Source: an uncultured bacterium
GTDB taxonomy: Bacteria > Deinococcota > Deinococci > Deinococcales > Marinithermaceae
NCBI GenBank assembly: GCA_964402875.1
Contig: CAYODT010000010.1
Location: forward strand, 26,727-56,905
Length of the DNA: 30,179 nt
Direction: 5' to 3'
The position numbers and the translations under genes were made by a program. Of the stretch, positions 29,046 to 30,179 are shown piece by piece; position 1 is the stretch's first letter, and the number at the start of each line of letters is the position of its first letter. The notes beneath the pieces were generated by a model. That model was not told the origin of the DNA and made no database searches. It was given only the letters and a program-made list of their open reading frames with translations.

Positions 29046-29723
29046 ATGTCGGAACCTATCCTCAAAACAGAAAACCTGGAAAAGACCTATGGTTCAGGTG
29101 AATTGCGGACCGCAGCGTTGCGCGGCGTGGACCTTGCCTTTATACCCGGCGAGTTCACCGCCATCGTCGGGCCCTCGGGATCGGGCAAGACCACGCTCAT
29201 GCAGCTTATGGGTGGGCTCGACCAGCCCTCAGGGGGACGGGTGATATTGGATGGGGAGGTCGTGAGCCACATGTCCCCTAAGGCCTCGGCTAATCTGCGC
29301 CTTTGGAAGATCGGCTTCGTGTTCCAGGCCTATAACCTGATTCCAGTACTCACCGCACTGGAGAACGCCGCCTTCGTGCTCGAGCTGCGCGGAGAACCCC
29401 CCAAAAAGCGAAACCGGCAGGGCCTGGAAGCCCTGGAAGCCTTGGGTATCGGCCGGTACGCCGGGCATCGGCCCAGCCAGCTCTCCGGTGGGCAGCAGCA
29501 GCGCGTAGCGATGGCCCGGGCCCTAGCCGCACGCCCCCAGGTGGTACTGGCCGACGAGCCTACCGCCAACCTGGATTCGGCAGCCGCCATTGCGCTGATT
29601 GATCATATGAAAGTATTGAACCAGAAGCTCGGCCTCACTTTTATATTTTCCACTCACGACGAGCGGCTAGTCAGCCGCGTGGGCCGGGTGATCCGCCTGG
29701 AAGACGGCCGCGTGTTGGCCTGA
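29046..29723 (+). CDS. ABC transporter ATP-binding protein, LolD/MacB-type
   Basis: [46 protein letters not shown], signature [15 protein letters not shown] and Walker [13 protein letters not shown] are present. AAGGAG lies 6 nt upstream. Confidence 0.9.
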   Translation: MSEPILKTENLEKTYGSGELRTAALRGVDLAFIPGEFTAIVGPSGSGKTTLMQLMGGLDQPSGGRVILDGEVVSHMSPKASANLRLWKIGFVFQAYNLIPVLTALENAAFVLELRGEPPKKRNRQGLEALEALGIGRYAGHRPSQLSGGQQQRVAMARALAARPQVVLADEPTANLDSAAAIALIDHMKVLNQKLGLTFIFSTHDERLVSRVGRVIRLEDGRVLA

Positions 29724-29958
29724 TCGTATATTCATCCCTCGGCAGCGGCAAAAACCAGCATATCTCTGCCCTACTCATCCACTGGGTTTTTACAACGGCC
29801 CTCAAAAAAAGGTCCTGAATACCAACAGCCCATATGAACTAGTTGCCGCCGGAAAGGAGGCAATAAAGGTTATTTAGCCACCCAATCTCACCCGGCCCCA
29901 AAAGCGGGGCGGCGAAGGGACGAGGATAACTCCTCAGATAGCCGAATAGGGCACCCTA

Positions 29959-30179
29959 TTATGCGCCTTTATAGGTATCGGCTGGGGTCTTTGCAGATGA
30001 TAACAGCCTACCGGCCAGTTCTGTAGCCTGCTCGTCGGCAAGAGTCGGGTAGGGATAGCCCAAACGCCCCGCCGTTTCCCTCACCAACCACCGGAACAGG
30101 TCCATGGTCACCAGCAGGGCCCGCCAGATATCGTCCTGATCATAATGGGCAAACGCCCTAGGCAATTCCTCCAACACGC
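29959..30179 (-). CDS. C-terminal fragment of aminoglycoside 6-nucleotidyltransferase (ANT(6)/AadK family); gene continues beyond window end
   Basis: HYDQDDIWRALLVTMDLFRWLVRETAGRLGYPYPTLADEQATELAGRLL resembles the C-terminal helical domain of ANT(6) (conserved W, LF..LA.E.A..FGY.YP....D pattern). The first codon in the window is GTG, so this is an arbitrary track start. The true N-terminus is off-window. Confidence 0.45.
   Translation of the reverse strand, partial: VLEELPRAFAHYDQDDIWRALLVTMDLFRWLVRETAGRLGYPYPTLADEQATELAGRLLSSAKTPADTYKGA

Overview
This is a GC-rich bacterial chromosomal window. Shine-Dalgarno sites are AGGAGG-like and genes are tightly packed and often overlap. It looks like a mostly housekeeping or accessory-metabolism region of a diderm, high-GC organism. 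The gene content is compatible with Deinococcus-Thermus-like or similar lineages, but taxonomy is not provable from here. By homology I can support 25 protein-coding genes. They are: alanine dehydrogenase, TruB, an RsuA/RluB-type pseudouridine synthase, Hpt, a frameshifted YhhQ/queuosine-precursor transporter, a long trehalose synthase with a maltokinase-like C-terminal domain followed by GlgB (GlgE-pathway context), NhaA, an SPFH (band-7) protein coupled to a secreted alpha/beta hydrolase, a small Arc-type RHH protein overlapping a 2-TM PH-like membrane protein followed by an ABC-2 exporter (ATPase plus permease), trpE-trpG, two GT2 glycosyltransferases, trpD, GyrB, a TetR regulator followed by an FtsX/LolA-like/FtsX/ABC-ATPase transporter operon, and at the window edge the C-terminal fragment of an ANT(6)-type aminoglycoside nucleotidyltransferase. 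Non-coding features read directly from the sequence are: a classic trp leader peptide (MFTKTLLFKWWPG, tandem Trp codons) with an attenuator/terminator upstream of trpE; a perfect 11-3-11 palindrome (a TetR-operator candidate) between tetR and the ABC operon; an 11-3-11 near-palindrome directly upstream of the SPFH gene; a perfect 10-bp-arm hairpin immediately upstream of hpt inside an unusual ~300-bp low-GC, CA-rich non-coding island; and a 14-bp perfect palindrome abutting the yhhQ start. I saw no CRISPR arrays, rRNA/tRNA genes or obvious IS elements. The most system-like candidates for novelty are the six-gene SPFH / hydrolase / RHH / PH-membrane / ABC-2 cluster and the glycosyltransferase pair translationally coupled inside the trp operon.
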